This document shows positions 1-9,446 of a stretch of 64,000 nt of DNA, piece after piece. Origin of the DNA: Armatimonadota bacterium. GTDB lineage: Bacteria; Armatimonadota; SYMT01. Below the pieces are notes generated by a model. The model did no database searches. It saw only the letters and a program-made list of their open reading frames with translations, and had not been told where the DNA came from. Numbering within the stretch: position 1 is the first letter of the stretch; each line of letters begins with the position of its first letter. The stretch spans positions 21,970-85,969 of the forward strand of contig JAWLHY010000021.1 in NCBI GenBank assembly GCA_041690135.1, given 5' to 3'. The position numbers and the translations under genes were made by a program.

Positions 1-2149
1 GCGGGGTTATGATCCGGATATGGATTACGAACGGCTGCTTTATGAAAGCGGCGGCCGCCGAATCCAGAAGGCCGATCCCGGCAATAGCCTGCTCCTGCTC
101 AAGGCGACGCTGGCGGTTCCGCACGCGGGCGGCCTCCGGTTCAAAGAGAACACCCTCGAGTACAAGGTCATCGCGGAGTGGATCGCCCAGGGGATGCCCG
201 GACCGTCCGAAAAGGATGCCAAGCTCGAGCGCCTGGAAGTCATTCCTTCGGACCGGGTGCTGACCGAGAATGCGGATCAGCAGCTGGTGGTACGCGCGCA
301 CTTCTCGGACGGAAAGGTGGAAGACGTGACCCATTGGGCGCGCTACACCTCCAACGAGGAAGGTATCGCCACGGTGGACGAGAGCGGTAAGGTGAACACC
401 AAAGGGGTGGGCGAAACGTCCATCACCGTGATGTACATCGATAAGGTGGCTACCGCCCGCGTGACGGTGCCGTTCCCGAACCAGGTTACGGCAAAGCAGT
501 ATCAGAGCATCCCGCGCGCCAGCTACATTGACCAACTGGTGCTGCAGAAGCTCGAGACGCTGCGCATCCTGCCTTCCGACCTGGCCACCGACGAAGAGTT
601 CGTCCGCCGTGTGTATCTGGACGTGATCGGAACCCTGCCCACCGCGCAGGAAGTCCGCACGTTCCTGACCGACAAGAGCGCCAACAAGCGGGCCAAGCTG
701 ATCGATGAGCTCCTCGACCGGCCGGAATACGTGGACTTCTGGACCTACAAGTGGGGCGACATGCTCCGCGTGAACCGGGAGACGCTCACCGAGAAGGGCA
801 TGTGGGCGTTCTACGCCTGGCTGCGCGACAGCGTGGCGGAGAACAAGCCCTGGGACAAGCTGGTCTACGACGTGCTGACGGCCAACGGGAGCAATTTCTC
901 TTACGGCCCCAGCAACTTCTACCGCATCAGCCGGAATCCCGAAGATCTCACGGAGACCGTAAGCCAGGCCTTCCTGGGGATACGGGTTTCCTGCGCCCGG
1001 TGTCACAACCATCCGTTCGAGAAATGGACCCAGGCCGACTACTACAAGTTCGCCAACCACTTCTCGCGGATCACCCGCAAGAACGGCGATACTCCGCAGG
1101 ACCTGATCATCACCGCCGCCACGGGTGGCGAGATCAACTTCCCCAAGACCGGTAAGCCGTTCGCGCCGCAGCCTTACGACGGCAAGCCGATGCCGGCGGA
1201 TTCCACGCTGGACCGCCGCGTTTACCTGGCGGAGTGGTTGACGGCGCCGGACAACAGCTACTTCGTGCAGTCCATTGTTAACCGCGTGTGGCGCCACTAC
1301 ATGGGGCGAGGCCTCATCGAACCGGTGGACGACCTGCGGTTGACCAACCCGCCGACGAACCAGGCGCTGATGGATGCAATGTGCAAGGACCTCACCGAGC
1401 ACAAGTTCGACCTGAAGCACCTGATGCGGCAGATCCTGAACAGCCGCACCTACCAGTTGACCTCGCGGCCCAAGCCCGAGAATAAGAAGGACGACCGGCA
1501 GTACAGCCGCTACTTCGTGAAGCGCCTGACCGCCGAGCAGTTGCTGGACGCGATCTGCGCTGTGACGGGGAAGCCGGAGAAGTTCGGCGGCCTGCCGATG
1601 GGCTATCGCGCCATCCAGCTTCCGGATACCAAGGTCGCCAACTACTTCCTGGACGTCTTCGGACGGCCGCCGCGGCAGATCACCTGCGACTGCGAGCGCG
1701 CCCAGGAGCCGAACATGGCGCAGGCCCTGCACCTGATCAATGGTGCGGGAGTCAACCAGAAGATCGCGGCGGATGACGGTCTCGTGGCCCGCCTGCTGAA
1801 GGAGATGCAGTCGGACAACGCGATCATCGAGGAACTCTACCTCACCTGCTTCGGGCGAATGCCCACCCAGCAGGAGATGGCGGCGGCCCTGCAGACGGTC
1901 GACGAGGCGATGAATCCGAAGCCGGCGGTGCCGGGCGAGCCCAAGCCGGCGGTGGCGAAACCGGAGCCGAAGCCGGCCGAGGCCAAGCCGGCCGACGCCA
2001 AAGCGGCGGATGCGAAGCCCGCGGAGATGAAGCCCGCTGAAAAGAAGCCGGAGCCGCCGAAGTTCGACCCGGCCGTAGCACGCCGGCAGGTCTTCGAGGA
2101 TCTACTCTGGGCGTTGATTAACGGCAAGGAGTTCGTGTTCAATCACTAG
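1..2149 (+). CDS. DUF1549/DUF1553 (PSD1) domain protein with Ig-like domain; 5' end lies upstream of the window
   Basis: Frame is open from the window edge. Motifs D.EFVRRVYLD.IG.LPT, FLG.R..CARCHNHPFEKWTQ.DYY, NRVW.H.MGRG..EPVDD, RLTAEQ.LD and C-terminal EF.FNH are typical of the planctomycete-type family; Pro/Ala/Lys-rich insert near the C-terminus. Confidence 0.9.
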   Translation, partial: RGYDPDMDYERLLYESGGRRIQKADPGNSLLLLKATLAVPHAGGLRFKENTLEYKVIAEWIAQGMPGPSEKDAKLERLEVIPSDRVLTENADQQLVVRAHFSDGKVEDVTHWARYTSNEEGIATVDESGKVNTKGVGETSITVMYIDKVATARVTVPFPNQVTAKQYQSIPRASYIDQLVLQKLETLRILPSDLATDEEFVRRVYLDVIGTLPTAQEVRTFLTDKSANKRAKLIDELLDRPEYVDFWTYKWGDMLRVNRETLTEKGMWAFYAWLRDSVAENKPWDKLVYDVLTANGSNFSYGPSNFYRISRNPEDLTETVSQAFLGIRVSCARCHNHPFEKWTQADYYKFANHFSRITRKNGDTPQDLIITAATGGEINFPKTGKPFAPQPYDGKPMPADSTLDRRVYLAEWLTAPDNSYFVQSIVNRVWRHYMGRGLIEPVDDLRLTNPPTNQALMDAMCKDLTEHKFDLKHLMRQILNSRTYQLTSRPKPENKKDDRQYSRYFVKRLTAEQLLDAICAVTGKPEKFGGLPMGYRAIQLPDTKVANYFLDVFGRPPRQITCDCERAQEPNMAQALHLINGAGVNQKIAADDGLVARLLKEMQSDNAIIEELYLTCFGRMPTQQEMAAALQTVDEAMNPKPAVPGEPKPAVAKPEPKPAEAKPADAKAADAKPAEMKPAEKKPEPPKFDPAVARRQVFEDLLWALINGKEFVFNH

Positions 2150-2186
2150 CTCCGGATGAGCCGTGCACCCCGCCTGCGGACGGGGT

Positions 2187-2227
2187 AATGAAGAGGGGAA
2201 CGGGCCCGTGCCCGTTCCCCTCTTTGT
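2187..2227 (+). terminator. Intrinsic terminator-like hairpin
   Basis: gaagaggggaacgggc/gcccgttcccctcttt inverted repeat followed by a T-rich run. Confidence 0.6.
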
Positions 2228-2361
2228 TCACCAAGGTGAAGTTCTGTCACCAAAACTCTGCCGACATGCCGTCCTGTCTATTGTCGAATCAGAGAGGGTA
2301 CCGGGCCACGGGCCTGGAATTACTTACCAGTCGTTTTCGGTTATCTGGAGGAAGCGGAGCC

Positions 2362-3762
2362 ATGCGTCTCGTGCATGTGAGCCTGGTCTTGGGTCTGGGT
2401 GTCATCGCCTCCCCGGGCGTCGCCCGGGCACAGACTGTGAGCTTTAGTAAGGACATTGTTCCGATCATGAAGGAGCAATGCGTCAAGTGCCACAGCGCGC
2501 GACAGCCTACCGGCGGGTTCGCGGTTTCCAGCTATGCGGCCCTGGTGAAGGGCGGCAAGGGTGGCAAGCTGATCGCAGCCAAGGCGGCCGACAGCCGATT
2601 GGTGAAGCTGATCGAAGGCACGGCCCAGCCGAAGATGCCCCCCGGCGGCAGCATGAAGAAAGAGGACATCGCCAAGATCCGGGCGTGGATTGACCAGGGC
2701 GCTAAGCCCGATGTCGCCCCGGACGCGGTGGTGATTCCCGACACGGCCATCCCGCCCGTGAAGGTACCGGTGGTGAAGCCAAAGGTGCCGGTGCTGCCTC
2801 AAGTCGGCGCCCTTGCCTGGAGCAAGGACAGCAAGATGCTCGCGGTTGGGACCTATAAGGTCGTCAAGCTGATCGACCCCGCCAACGGGCAGGTCATCCG
2901 CGAGCTCAAGGATCATTCGGATGTGATCCACTCGCTCCACTTCAGCCCGGATGGCAAGTTGCTCGCCGCAGCCGGCGGCCCGCCCGCCCAGCAGGGGGAG
3001 ATCAAGATCTGGGACGTAGCCACCGGCAACGTGGTACGAACTATTCTGGGGCACAACGACTACATCTACTCTTGCTCGTGGAGCCCGGACAGCAAGACCA
3101 TCGCCTCTGCCAGCTACGACAAGCTGATCAAGATCTGGGACGTAGCCACCGGCAACGAGGTCAAGACGCTCAAGGACCACGCTGACGCTGTTTACGCCGT
3201 GGCGTTCAGCCCCGACGGCAACCTGCTTGCTTCCGGCAGCGCGGACCGGTCGGTCAAAATGTGGGACGTCAAGTCCGGAAAGCGCATCTACACGCTCTCC
3301 GGTCACGGCGACATCGTGTTCTCACTGGCCTGGAACAAGGCCGGCAATCAGCTCAGCTCGACGGGAGCCGACAAGACCCTTCGCACCTGGAACGTCAACC
3401 CGCAGGCCGGCAACCAGGCTCGCAGCGTGGGGGCCGCCGGCAAGACGGTGAATGAGGTCGTCTACTCGCTCGACGGAACGCTGATGGCAACGGTGAGTGA
3501 CGATAAGTCGCTCAAGGTGTGGAACGCCGGCAACGGCCAGGCCACGCAAACCATTGCCAACCAGGCCGACTCGCTCCTGTCGGTAGCAATCAGCCCGGAT
3601 AACAAGCTGGTTGCGGCGGGTGGTTTCGACGGCACCGTGAAGATCTTCAACGTGGCGGACGGAAAGCCGGTGAACACGTTGATCGACCTTCCCAAGGCGC
3701 CGGAGCCGAAGGTTGAAGCCAAGCCCGCTACACCCGCCAAGGCGGAGGCCAAGAAAGGCTAA
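2362..3762 (+). CDS. Secreted planctomycete-type cytochrome c domain + WD40 beta-propeller protein
   Basis: Signal peptide from ATG 2362; VSFSKDI.PI...CVKCH heme motif and MPP...I..WI..GA; about 7 WD40 repeats (GH.D.I.S..WSPD...S.S.D..IK.WD). Confidence 0.9.
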   Translation: MRLVHVSLVLGLGVIASPGVARAQTVSFSKDIVPIMKEQCVKCHSARQPTGGFAVSSYAALVKGGKGGKLIAAKAADSRLVKLIEGTAQPKMPPGGSMKKEDIAKIRAWIDQGAKPDVAPDAVVIPDTAIPPVKVPVVKPKVPVLPQVGALAWSKDSKMLAVGTYKVVKLIDPANGQVIRELKDHSDVIHSLHFSPDGKLLAAAGGPPAQQGEIKIWDVATGNVVRTILGHNDYIYSCSWSPDSKTIASASYDKLIKIWDVATGNEVKTLKDHADAVYAVAFSPDGNLLASGSADRSVKMWDVKSGKRIYTLSGHGDIVFSLAWNKAGNQLSSTGADKTLRTWNVNPQAGNQARSVGAAGKTVNEVVYSLDGTLMATVSDDKSLKVWNAGNGQATQTIANQADSLLSVAISPDNKLVAAGGFDGTVKIFNVADGKPVNTLIDLPKAPEPKVEAKPATPAKAEAKKG

Positions 3763-3949
3763 GATCCGCAGGCGCTGATACTTACCCCCCAAGATAATGG
3801 GGGAGTGAAGAAAAGGGGAATGGGAGCTGTCTGGCGCAAGACCGCTCCCATTCCCCTTTTCTCATGCGCCGCCCCTCACCTCTCCCACGCTCTTCGAGAA
3901 GGCCGATTGGAACGAAGCGTAGAACACACCATCCAAGGAGGATCCGCAC

Positions 3950-4666
3950 ATGAGCCACGATCAACCGCCTTCACACACGCTGAACGACTTCCTGATTGCT
4001 ACCGCGGAGCGAGACCGCCCCGGAGACGTGTTCGAGCTGGAAAGCACCCGGATGCTCGAGGTGAATGTCAATGGCCGCGTTTGGGCGAAGCTGGGCTCAA
4101 TGGTCGCCTACCGCGGGCAGGTTCGCTTCAACCGCGAAGGGACCTTTGAGGGTGGGGTAGGGAAGGCGCTTAAGCGCATGGTTTCCGGTGAGGTCACCCC
4201 CCTGGTCAAGATCGAAGGGCAGGGCAAGGTGTACCTGGCGGACGAAGGGAAACACGTTACCCTACTGCGACTCCAGGGCGACACCATCAACGTCAACGGT
4301 AACGATCTCCTCGCCTTCGAGGACACGGTGAGTTACGACATCACGATGCACCGCCGCATTGCGGGAATGATGGCCGGCGGCCTTTTCTCGGTCCGCCTCA
4401 CTGGTCATGGATTGATCGCCCTGATGTCTCACGGTGAGCCCCTGACCCTCCGCTGCACCACAGGCGATCCCATTACCACCGATCCGAATGCAACCATCGC
4501 CTGGTCCGGCAACCTCTCTCCCGAGGTGAAGACCGACATTTCCCTTAAGACGCTGATCGGGCGTGGGGGCGGCGAGACTTTCCAGATGCACTTCCGAGGC
4601 GACGGCTTCGTGGTGGTCCAGCCTTACGAGGAGATCCCCGTGGCGACCGGTCAGGGTGGTGGGTAG
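3950..4666 (+). CDS. AIM24 family protein
   Basis: GSMVAY.G, G.G.VYLA, N.LLAFE, GGLF...L.G.G, DP.A.IAWS, GE.FQM.F.G.GFVVVQP motifs; AGGAGG RBS. Confidence 0.88.
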   Translation: MSHDQPPSHTLNDFLIATAERDRPGDVFELESTRMLEVNVNGRVWAKLGSMVAYRGQVRFNREGTFEGGVGKALKRMVSGEVTPLVKIEGQGKVYLADEGKHVTLLRLQGDTINVNGNDLLAFEDTVSYDITMHRRIAGMMAGGLFSVRLTGHGLIALMSHGEPLTLRCTTGDPITTDPNATIAWSGNLSPEVKTDISLKTLIGRGGGETFQMHFRGDGFVVVQPYEEIPVATGQGGG

Positions 4667-4686
4667 GTTTTCCACAGGGAGGTTGA

Positions 4687-5916
4687 ATGAGAATCCTAGC
4701 CCTACTGATCGCAACCGTTGGGGTGCTGGTGGGGGCGGCCGGCGCGGCAGAGCGCCGCAGCGGCACCGGGCCCTGGGACGTTAAGGCGCTCCAGAAGAAG
4801 CCGACCTACGAGATCGGCGCGCCCGAGACGGTTGAGGAAAAGGGACCGGATGGAGCCGTTAAGGTAAGGCTGCATCACGTCTATTACCAGGGCGAGCCAT
4901 GGATGGGGAAGCCGACGCGGGTCTTTGCCTATTACGCCCGTCCGGAGGCTGCCGAAGGCAAGCTCCCCGCCGTGGTGCTGGTTCACGGCGGGGGCGGAAT
5001 GGCGTTCCCGCAGTGGGCACGCTTGTGGGCCGCCCGCGGATATGCCGCCCTGGCCATGGACCTCTCCGGCAAGGGTCCCGAGCGGATGCCGCTGGCGGAC
5101 GGAGGCCCGGACCAGGGTGACGAATGGAAGTTCCGCCGGCTTAAAGACGGCGTCAAGAATGCCTGGAGCTACCATGCGGTAGCGGCGGTCATCCGGGGCG
5201 CGTCCGTCTTGCGTTCGCTCCCGGACGTCGACTCGAAGCGGATGGCGATCACCGGCATCTCGTGGGGTGGCTATCTCACCTCCCTGGTGATGAGCCTGGA
5301 TGATCGTTTCAAAGCGGCCGTTCCGGTCTACGGCTGCGGCTACCTGCATGAAAACAGCGTGTGGCTGCCGATTTTCGCCCAGTTGCCCGACACGGAGAAG
5401 CAGCAGTGGGTCGAAAACTTTGACCCTTCCCGCTACCTCGCCCGTTGTAAGACCCCGGTCCTCTGGATGAACGGCACCAACGACTTTGCCTACCCTCTGG
5501 ACAGCTACCAGAAGTGTTACCGGTTGCCCCAGGGCCCGCGCACCCTTTGTGTGACGGTAAAGATGCCGCACGGCCATGAAGCCGGCTGGGCGCGACCGGA
5601 AATCCACTGGTTCATCGATTCGCACATCGGGCGCTCCGAAACCCAGCCGTTAGCAAAGGTCAGCCCACCCATGGTGCTCGATCGAAAGGTGAAGGTAGCC
5701 TACGATGCGGAGACGGTGCTCCGCAAGGCGGAGATCCACTGGACCACGGATCTCGACAAGGCGTGGCAGCAGCGCGATTGGAAGACGGCGCCCGCGAGGG
5801 TGGTCGGCCTTCACGAAGTCGAGGCCGATCTTCCCAAAGGGCCGGCCCTCTACTTCCTGACCCTCACCGACACCCGCGGCGCGGTCGTTTCCACGGAACA
5901 CGCCGAGAGCAAGTAA
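4687..5916 (+). CDS. Secreted alpha/beta hydrolase (acetyl-xylan-esterase / dienelactone-hydrolase-like)
   Basis: Signal peptide; LVHGGGG, nucleophile elbow GISWGG, GTND Asp and MPHGH His. Confidence 0.82.
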   Translation: MRILALLIATVGVLVGAAGAAERRSGTGPWDVKALQKKPTYEIGAPETVEEKGPDGAVKVRLHHVYYQGEPWMGKPTRVFAYYARPEAAEGKLPAVVLVHGGGGMAFPQWARLWAARGYAALAMDLSGKGPERMPLADGGPDQGDEWKFRRLKDGVKNAWSYHAVAAVIRGASVLRSLPDVDSKRMAITGISWGGYLTSLVMSLDDRFKAAVPVYGCGYLHENSVWLPIFAQLPDTEKQQWVENFDPSRYLARCKTPVLWMNGTNDFAYPLDSYQKCYRLPQGPRTLCVTVKMPHGHEAGWARPEIHWFIDSHIGRSETQPLAKVSPPMVLDRKVKVAYDAETVLRKAEIHWTTDLDKAWQQRDWKTAPARVVGLHEVEADLPKGPALYFLTLTDTRGAVVSTEHAESK

Positions 5917-5924
5917 TCAGCACA

Positions 5925-6026
5925 CCGGGCTCGCACCAGTAGGGGCGAGCCCGGTCCAGTTCTGCTGCTGGGGGATCACGGGTGCGGTTCACCCGCGCCC
6001 GCCACGGAATGGAATTCCGCGGCTAC
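5925..6026. repeat. GTAG-type REP-like palindromes between convergent genes
   Basis: ccgggctcgc..gtaggg..gcgagcccgg hairpin (5925-5954); on the minus strand GTAG-ccgcggaat..attccgtgg hairpin (6001-6026). Confidence 0.5.
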
Positions 6027-6101
6027 TGCAAAGTGAAACCCCTTTGGGGTTAACGCACCACTACACCGGTTCGAATCTGTGCAGTTACCTCGCACAAGCC
6101 C

Positions 6102-6497
6102 TTAGCGGCGCCCGTACCGGTCCCGATCCCGGTAACCACGGTCGGTCTTCCGTTCCAGGTCGCGTTCGATTTTGTCCAGGTCGCCGTCCCGACGGCGGAA
6201 CTCGCTATCCGACAGCTTCCGGTCGTCACGAAGGAAGTCGCGGATGCGGTTGATCCGCCGCGAAAGGTCTCGCCCTTCGGAGGGTCGTAGGTCCCCATGC
6301 CGCTCCGCCTTCCGCACGCGGTCACCCAGGGAGACCGTCCGCGCAATCAGCTCCGCTTTGGGGTTGGCCACCCGGATGTAGGAGAACAGGTCCCCCAGGG
6401 GACCGCGATCGTCCGCCACTCCCGGCGAGGCCCCGGTGATGCTCAATCCCACCCCGGCCAGCAGCGCCCAAACAGCCAAATTCAGTCTTCGCAACAT
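6102..6497 (-). CDS. Small secreted Arg/Asp-rich hypothetical protein
   Basis: ATG 6497 with AGAAGGA RBS, signal peptide, charged helical body (G.L...E...L...DD.KLS..E), RDRD tail. Confidence 0.65.
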   Translation of the reverse strand: MLRRLNLAVWALLAGVGLSITGASPGVADDRGPLGDLFSYIRVANPKAELIARTVSLGDRVRKAERHGDLRPSEGRDLSRRINRIRDFLRDDRKLSDSEFRRRDGDLDKIERDLERKTDRGYRDRDRYGRR

Positions 6498-6704
6498 CGT
6501 CCTTCTCGCTAGCTCGTTGGACCAAAACGTGAAATGCGTGGCGCGCAGGGAACCGAGGGGCTCCAGGCTACACACCACGCACTTCCATCACACAGATCGT
6601 AGACGCACTGGACTTCACGTTTCACGCTCACCCCTGGCGCCACTCGCGGACTGCAAAGTCACCAGGAGTTACCCAGGCGCGCAAAACGCAGTGCTCCTCA
6701 AGAC

Positions 6705-6998
6705 CTAGCGCCGTCGGTAGCTGCGGACCTTCGAGAACCGCTGGTTCTTGCGGCGGTCGTTCGCGGCCTTCTTCCACTGCTGGCTGGCCAGGTAGGTGCC
6801 GGCGCCACCGATCAGGGCCAGGGTGTCCTTGTTTTTGGCCAGGGCATAAACCGATGCGGCGCCGAGGGCATAGGTGGCGATCTTCCAGGTGTTCTCTTTG
6901 CCGCTCGCCGCTTCCGCGGGCTTCGCGGCGCCGACGCTCAACAGCGCACCCAGGGCCAGGACCACCGCCATCATCGAGGAATACATTCGGGTCTTCAT
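6705..6998 (-). CDS. Small secreted or membrane-associated hypothetical protein (Gly/Ala-rich hairpin, basic tail)
   Basis: GAGG RBS, signal peptide ending AEA, then NTWKIAT..LGAA..Y..AK.K.TLALIGGAG.Y. Confidence 0.7.
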   Translation of the reverse strand: MKTRMYSSMMAVVLALGALLSVGAAKPAEAASGKENTWKIATYALGAASVYALAKNKDTLALIGGAGTYLASQQWKKAANDRRKNQRFSKVRSYRRR

Positions 6999-7385
6999 TG
7001 GTTACCTCTGCTTTGCTTGCTATCGTCATCCGGCATCCGAGGCTTTCAAACCTGGCTACCGTCGATCCTCAAAGTGTGCTTCGGTTAGAAGAACCCGGGC
7101 GTGCCGCACCGGTTCCCAACTTTTTTCCGGGCGTTTTGCTGGCGGACGAGACGTCCGAGCTCCTAACGCTCAAATCGGAACCCGACTCCCGGATCATGCG
7201 TAGATAGTGAGTGGTGTCCTGCACCCTCCCCGTTGAGGGGCCGAGCACGGGGCACCTGCCTGTCTGTTCGGAGGCGCGCCAGGGACGAGGCGCGTTCCGC
7301 ACAGGGTCGGTCCCATCGGGATCCGGCTTCCCTGGAGGTCGCGAGCGAAGCCGGTAGACTTGCGAAAGGCGGTTCCCAATCCTGC

Positions 7386-7427
7386 TGTCAAGGGACTTGA
7401 CAGCGAGGGCCGCCGCAAGTTTAAGTT
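7386..7427 (+). promoter_or_regulatory. Palindromic double TTGACA site / probable promoter of the ABC operon
   Basis: tgtcaag-gga-cttgaca inverted repeat (7386-7402); AT-rich -10-like ttaagtt follows. Confidence 0.4.
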
Positions 7428-7489
7428 TATCCGACCACTTTCCGTAACAGTGTTCACACCCAAATTGCGTCACGTTCAGGAGACCCGCC

Positions 7490-8485
7490 GTGGTCGAAGT
7501 TGAAAACCTTACCAAGCTCTACGGCGACATGGTCGCCATTGACGGAGTTACGTTCCAGGCACGGGAAGGCGAGATTCTAGCCTTCCTGGGCAAGAACGGC
7601 GCCGGCAAGACGACGACGATGCGCATCATGACGGGGTTCATGATGCCCTCCTCCGGCACGGTGCGCATCAACGGGCACGACATTCTGGAGGATTCACTGG
7701 AAGCCCGCCGGCAGATCGGCTACCTCCCGGAAACGGCGCCCATCTACGATGACATGTCCGTCCAGGGTTACCTCTCCTTCTGCGCGCGCCTGCGCAACGT
7801 GCCTTCCCGCGAAGTGGCGGAAAAGGTGGAGAAGGTGATGAAGTCGGTGCACATCTACGAGCGCCGCAACTGGATGATCTCCAAGCTCTCCAAGGGTCTC
7901 CGCCGGCGCGTGGGCCTGGCCCAGTCCCTGGTCCACAACCCCAAGGTGCTGATCCTGGACGAGCCGACAGAAGGCCTGGATCCGGAACAGATCATCGAGA
8001 TCCGGCACCTGATCCGCAGCCTCCGCGGGGACCACACGGTCATCCTTAGCACCCATATCCTCCCCGAAGCCCAGGCGCTGGCGGACCGGATCGTGATTAT
8101 CAACGCCGGAAAGATCGTGGCGGTCGACACCACCGAGAACCTCACCGGCATGGTGCAGCGCACGCAGCGCCTCCGGGTGGAAGTGGATGGGCCCGCCACC
8201 GTGGTCCGCGAGCGGATCAACGCTCTGGCCGGCGTGCGGCGCGTGGAAGCTCTCGAAGGCGAGCACGCCCGCTTCATGGTCGAGAGCGACCGCGATCAGG
8301 ACGTCCGGGAGAAGGTCGCCGAAACGGTCATCAAGAGCGGCTGGGGCTTGCTCGAGCTGGAGCGCATCGAACCGACGCTCGAGGACATCTTCCTTCACAT
8401 CACCGGCCAGCGGGCCGGCCTGGAAGGTCCGGCCGACCGAGCGAGCGCGCCGGACGAGCAGAAAGAAGAAGCAGGGGTCGCATGA
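7490..8485 (+). CDS. ABC transporter ATP-binding protein (GldA-like)
   Basis: Walker A GKNGAGKTT, signature LSKG, Walker B LILDEPT, STH switch, C-terminal TLEDIFL. Confidence 0.95.
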   Translation: MVEVENLTKLYGDMVAIDGVTFQAREGEILAFLGKNGAGKTTTMRIMTGFMMPSSGTVRINGHDILEDSLEARRQIGYLPETAPIYDDMSVQGYLSFCARLRNVPSREVAEKVEKVMKSVHIYERRNWMISKLSKGLRRRVGLAQSLVHNPKVLILDEPTEGLDPEQIIEIRHLIRSLRGDHTVILSTHILPEAQALADRIVIINAGKIVAVDTTENLTGMVQRTQRLRVEVDGPATVVRERINALAGVRRVEALEGEHARFMVESDRDQDVREKVAETVIKSGWGLLELERIEPTLEDIFLHITGQRAGLEGPADRASAPDEQKEEAGVA

Positions 8486-9432
8486 GACAGATCTTCACCA
8501 TTGCCGACCGCGAGTTCCGGGCGCTCGTCACCGCGCCCATCGGGTTCGTCGTGATGACGTTCTTCCTCTTCGTCAGCGGCGTCTTCTTCGTGGCGCCGCT
8601 CCAGCAGAACGTCGCCAACATCCGCTACGTCGTGGGGAACACGACCATCTGGCTTGTCTTCCTGCTGCCGGCGCTTACCATGCGCCTCCTGGCGGAAGAG
8701 AAGCGGATGGGCACCCTGGAGCTGTTGATGACCTCACCCGTCACGGAAGCCCAGGTGGTCATCGGCAAGTACCTCGGCGTGCTGGCCTATTACGCCCTGA
8801 TGCTCTTCAGCACGCTCCAGTTCGTGTTCATCCTGGGCCTCGTGCGCAAGAGCGGCGCCAACCCGATCTTCCCCACGTACACCGGCCTCGCCTTGACGGC
8901 GGCCACCCTGGTGGTGCTGACCCTCGGCGCGCTGCAGGAATCCCGGGTGCTGGGCATCGGCGCGGGCCTGCTGGGCGCCGCCACACTGATCTGCAGCGGG
9001 TTTGCGGCCGCGCAGATGGGGGAGTGGGGCCCGGTCCTTACGGGCTACCTCGGCCTGTTCATGCTGGGAGCCGTGTTCCTGGCAATCGGGCTACTCACCT
9101 CGGCGCTCACCAAGAACCAGATCATTTCCTGGGTCTCCACGGCGGCCATTCTGCTGATGCTGACGGTACTCATCTCCTGGATGACCGGCAGCCTGCCGCC
9201 GACCGCGCCGACCCTGGATGCAAGCCCGAACTTCGGCGCTTACCTGTCCTACGGTTGGGGCTGGGTGATGTATGCCTTCGGCCAGGTTCTCCAGACCCTC
9301 AACCTGCAGGCCTACCTGGAAAACTTCGCGCAGGGCGTGCTCGATCTGCGTGACTTCGTCCTTTACCTGTCGCTGATTGCCGTGGCGCTCTTCTTCGCCG
9401 TCCGCGGTGTAACCACGACGCGCGCAGCCTGA
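8482..9432 (+). CDS. ABC-2 type permease (GldF-like)
   Basis: P.LTMRLLAEEKR.GTLELL.TSP.....V.GKY and S.LT.NQIIS motifs; multiple TM helices; overlaps the ATPase stop. Confidence 0.9.
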   Translation: MRQIFTIADREFRALVTAPIGFVVMTFFLFVSGVFFVAPLQQNVANIRYVVGNTTIWLVFLLPALTMRLLAEEKRMGTLELLMTSPVTEAQVVIGKYLGVLAYYALMLFSTLQFVFILGLVRKSGANPIFPTYTGLALTAATLVVLTLGALQESRVLGIGAGLLGAATLICSGFAAAQMGEWGPVLTGYLGLFMLGAVFLAIGLLTSALTKNQIISWVSTAAILLMLTVLISWMTGSLPPTAPTLDASPNFGAYLSYGWGWVMYAFGQVLQTLNLQAYLENFAQGVLDLRDFVLYLSLIAVALFFAVRGVTTTRAA

Positions 9433-9446
9433 GAGGGATCTACGGA

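Noticed and set aside
3000-3157. Exact 32-bp direct repeat (3000-3031 and 3126-3157) as DGR template or att site
   Set aside because: In-frame copies of the WD40 IKIWDVATGN motif one repeat apart; no reverse transcriptase or integrase nearby
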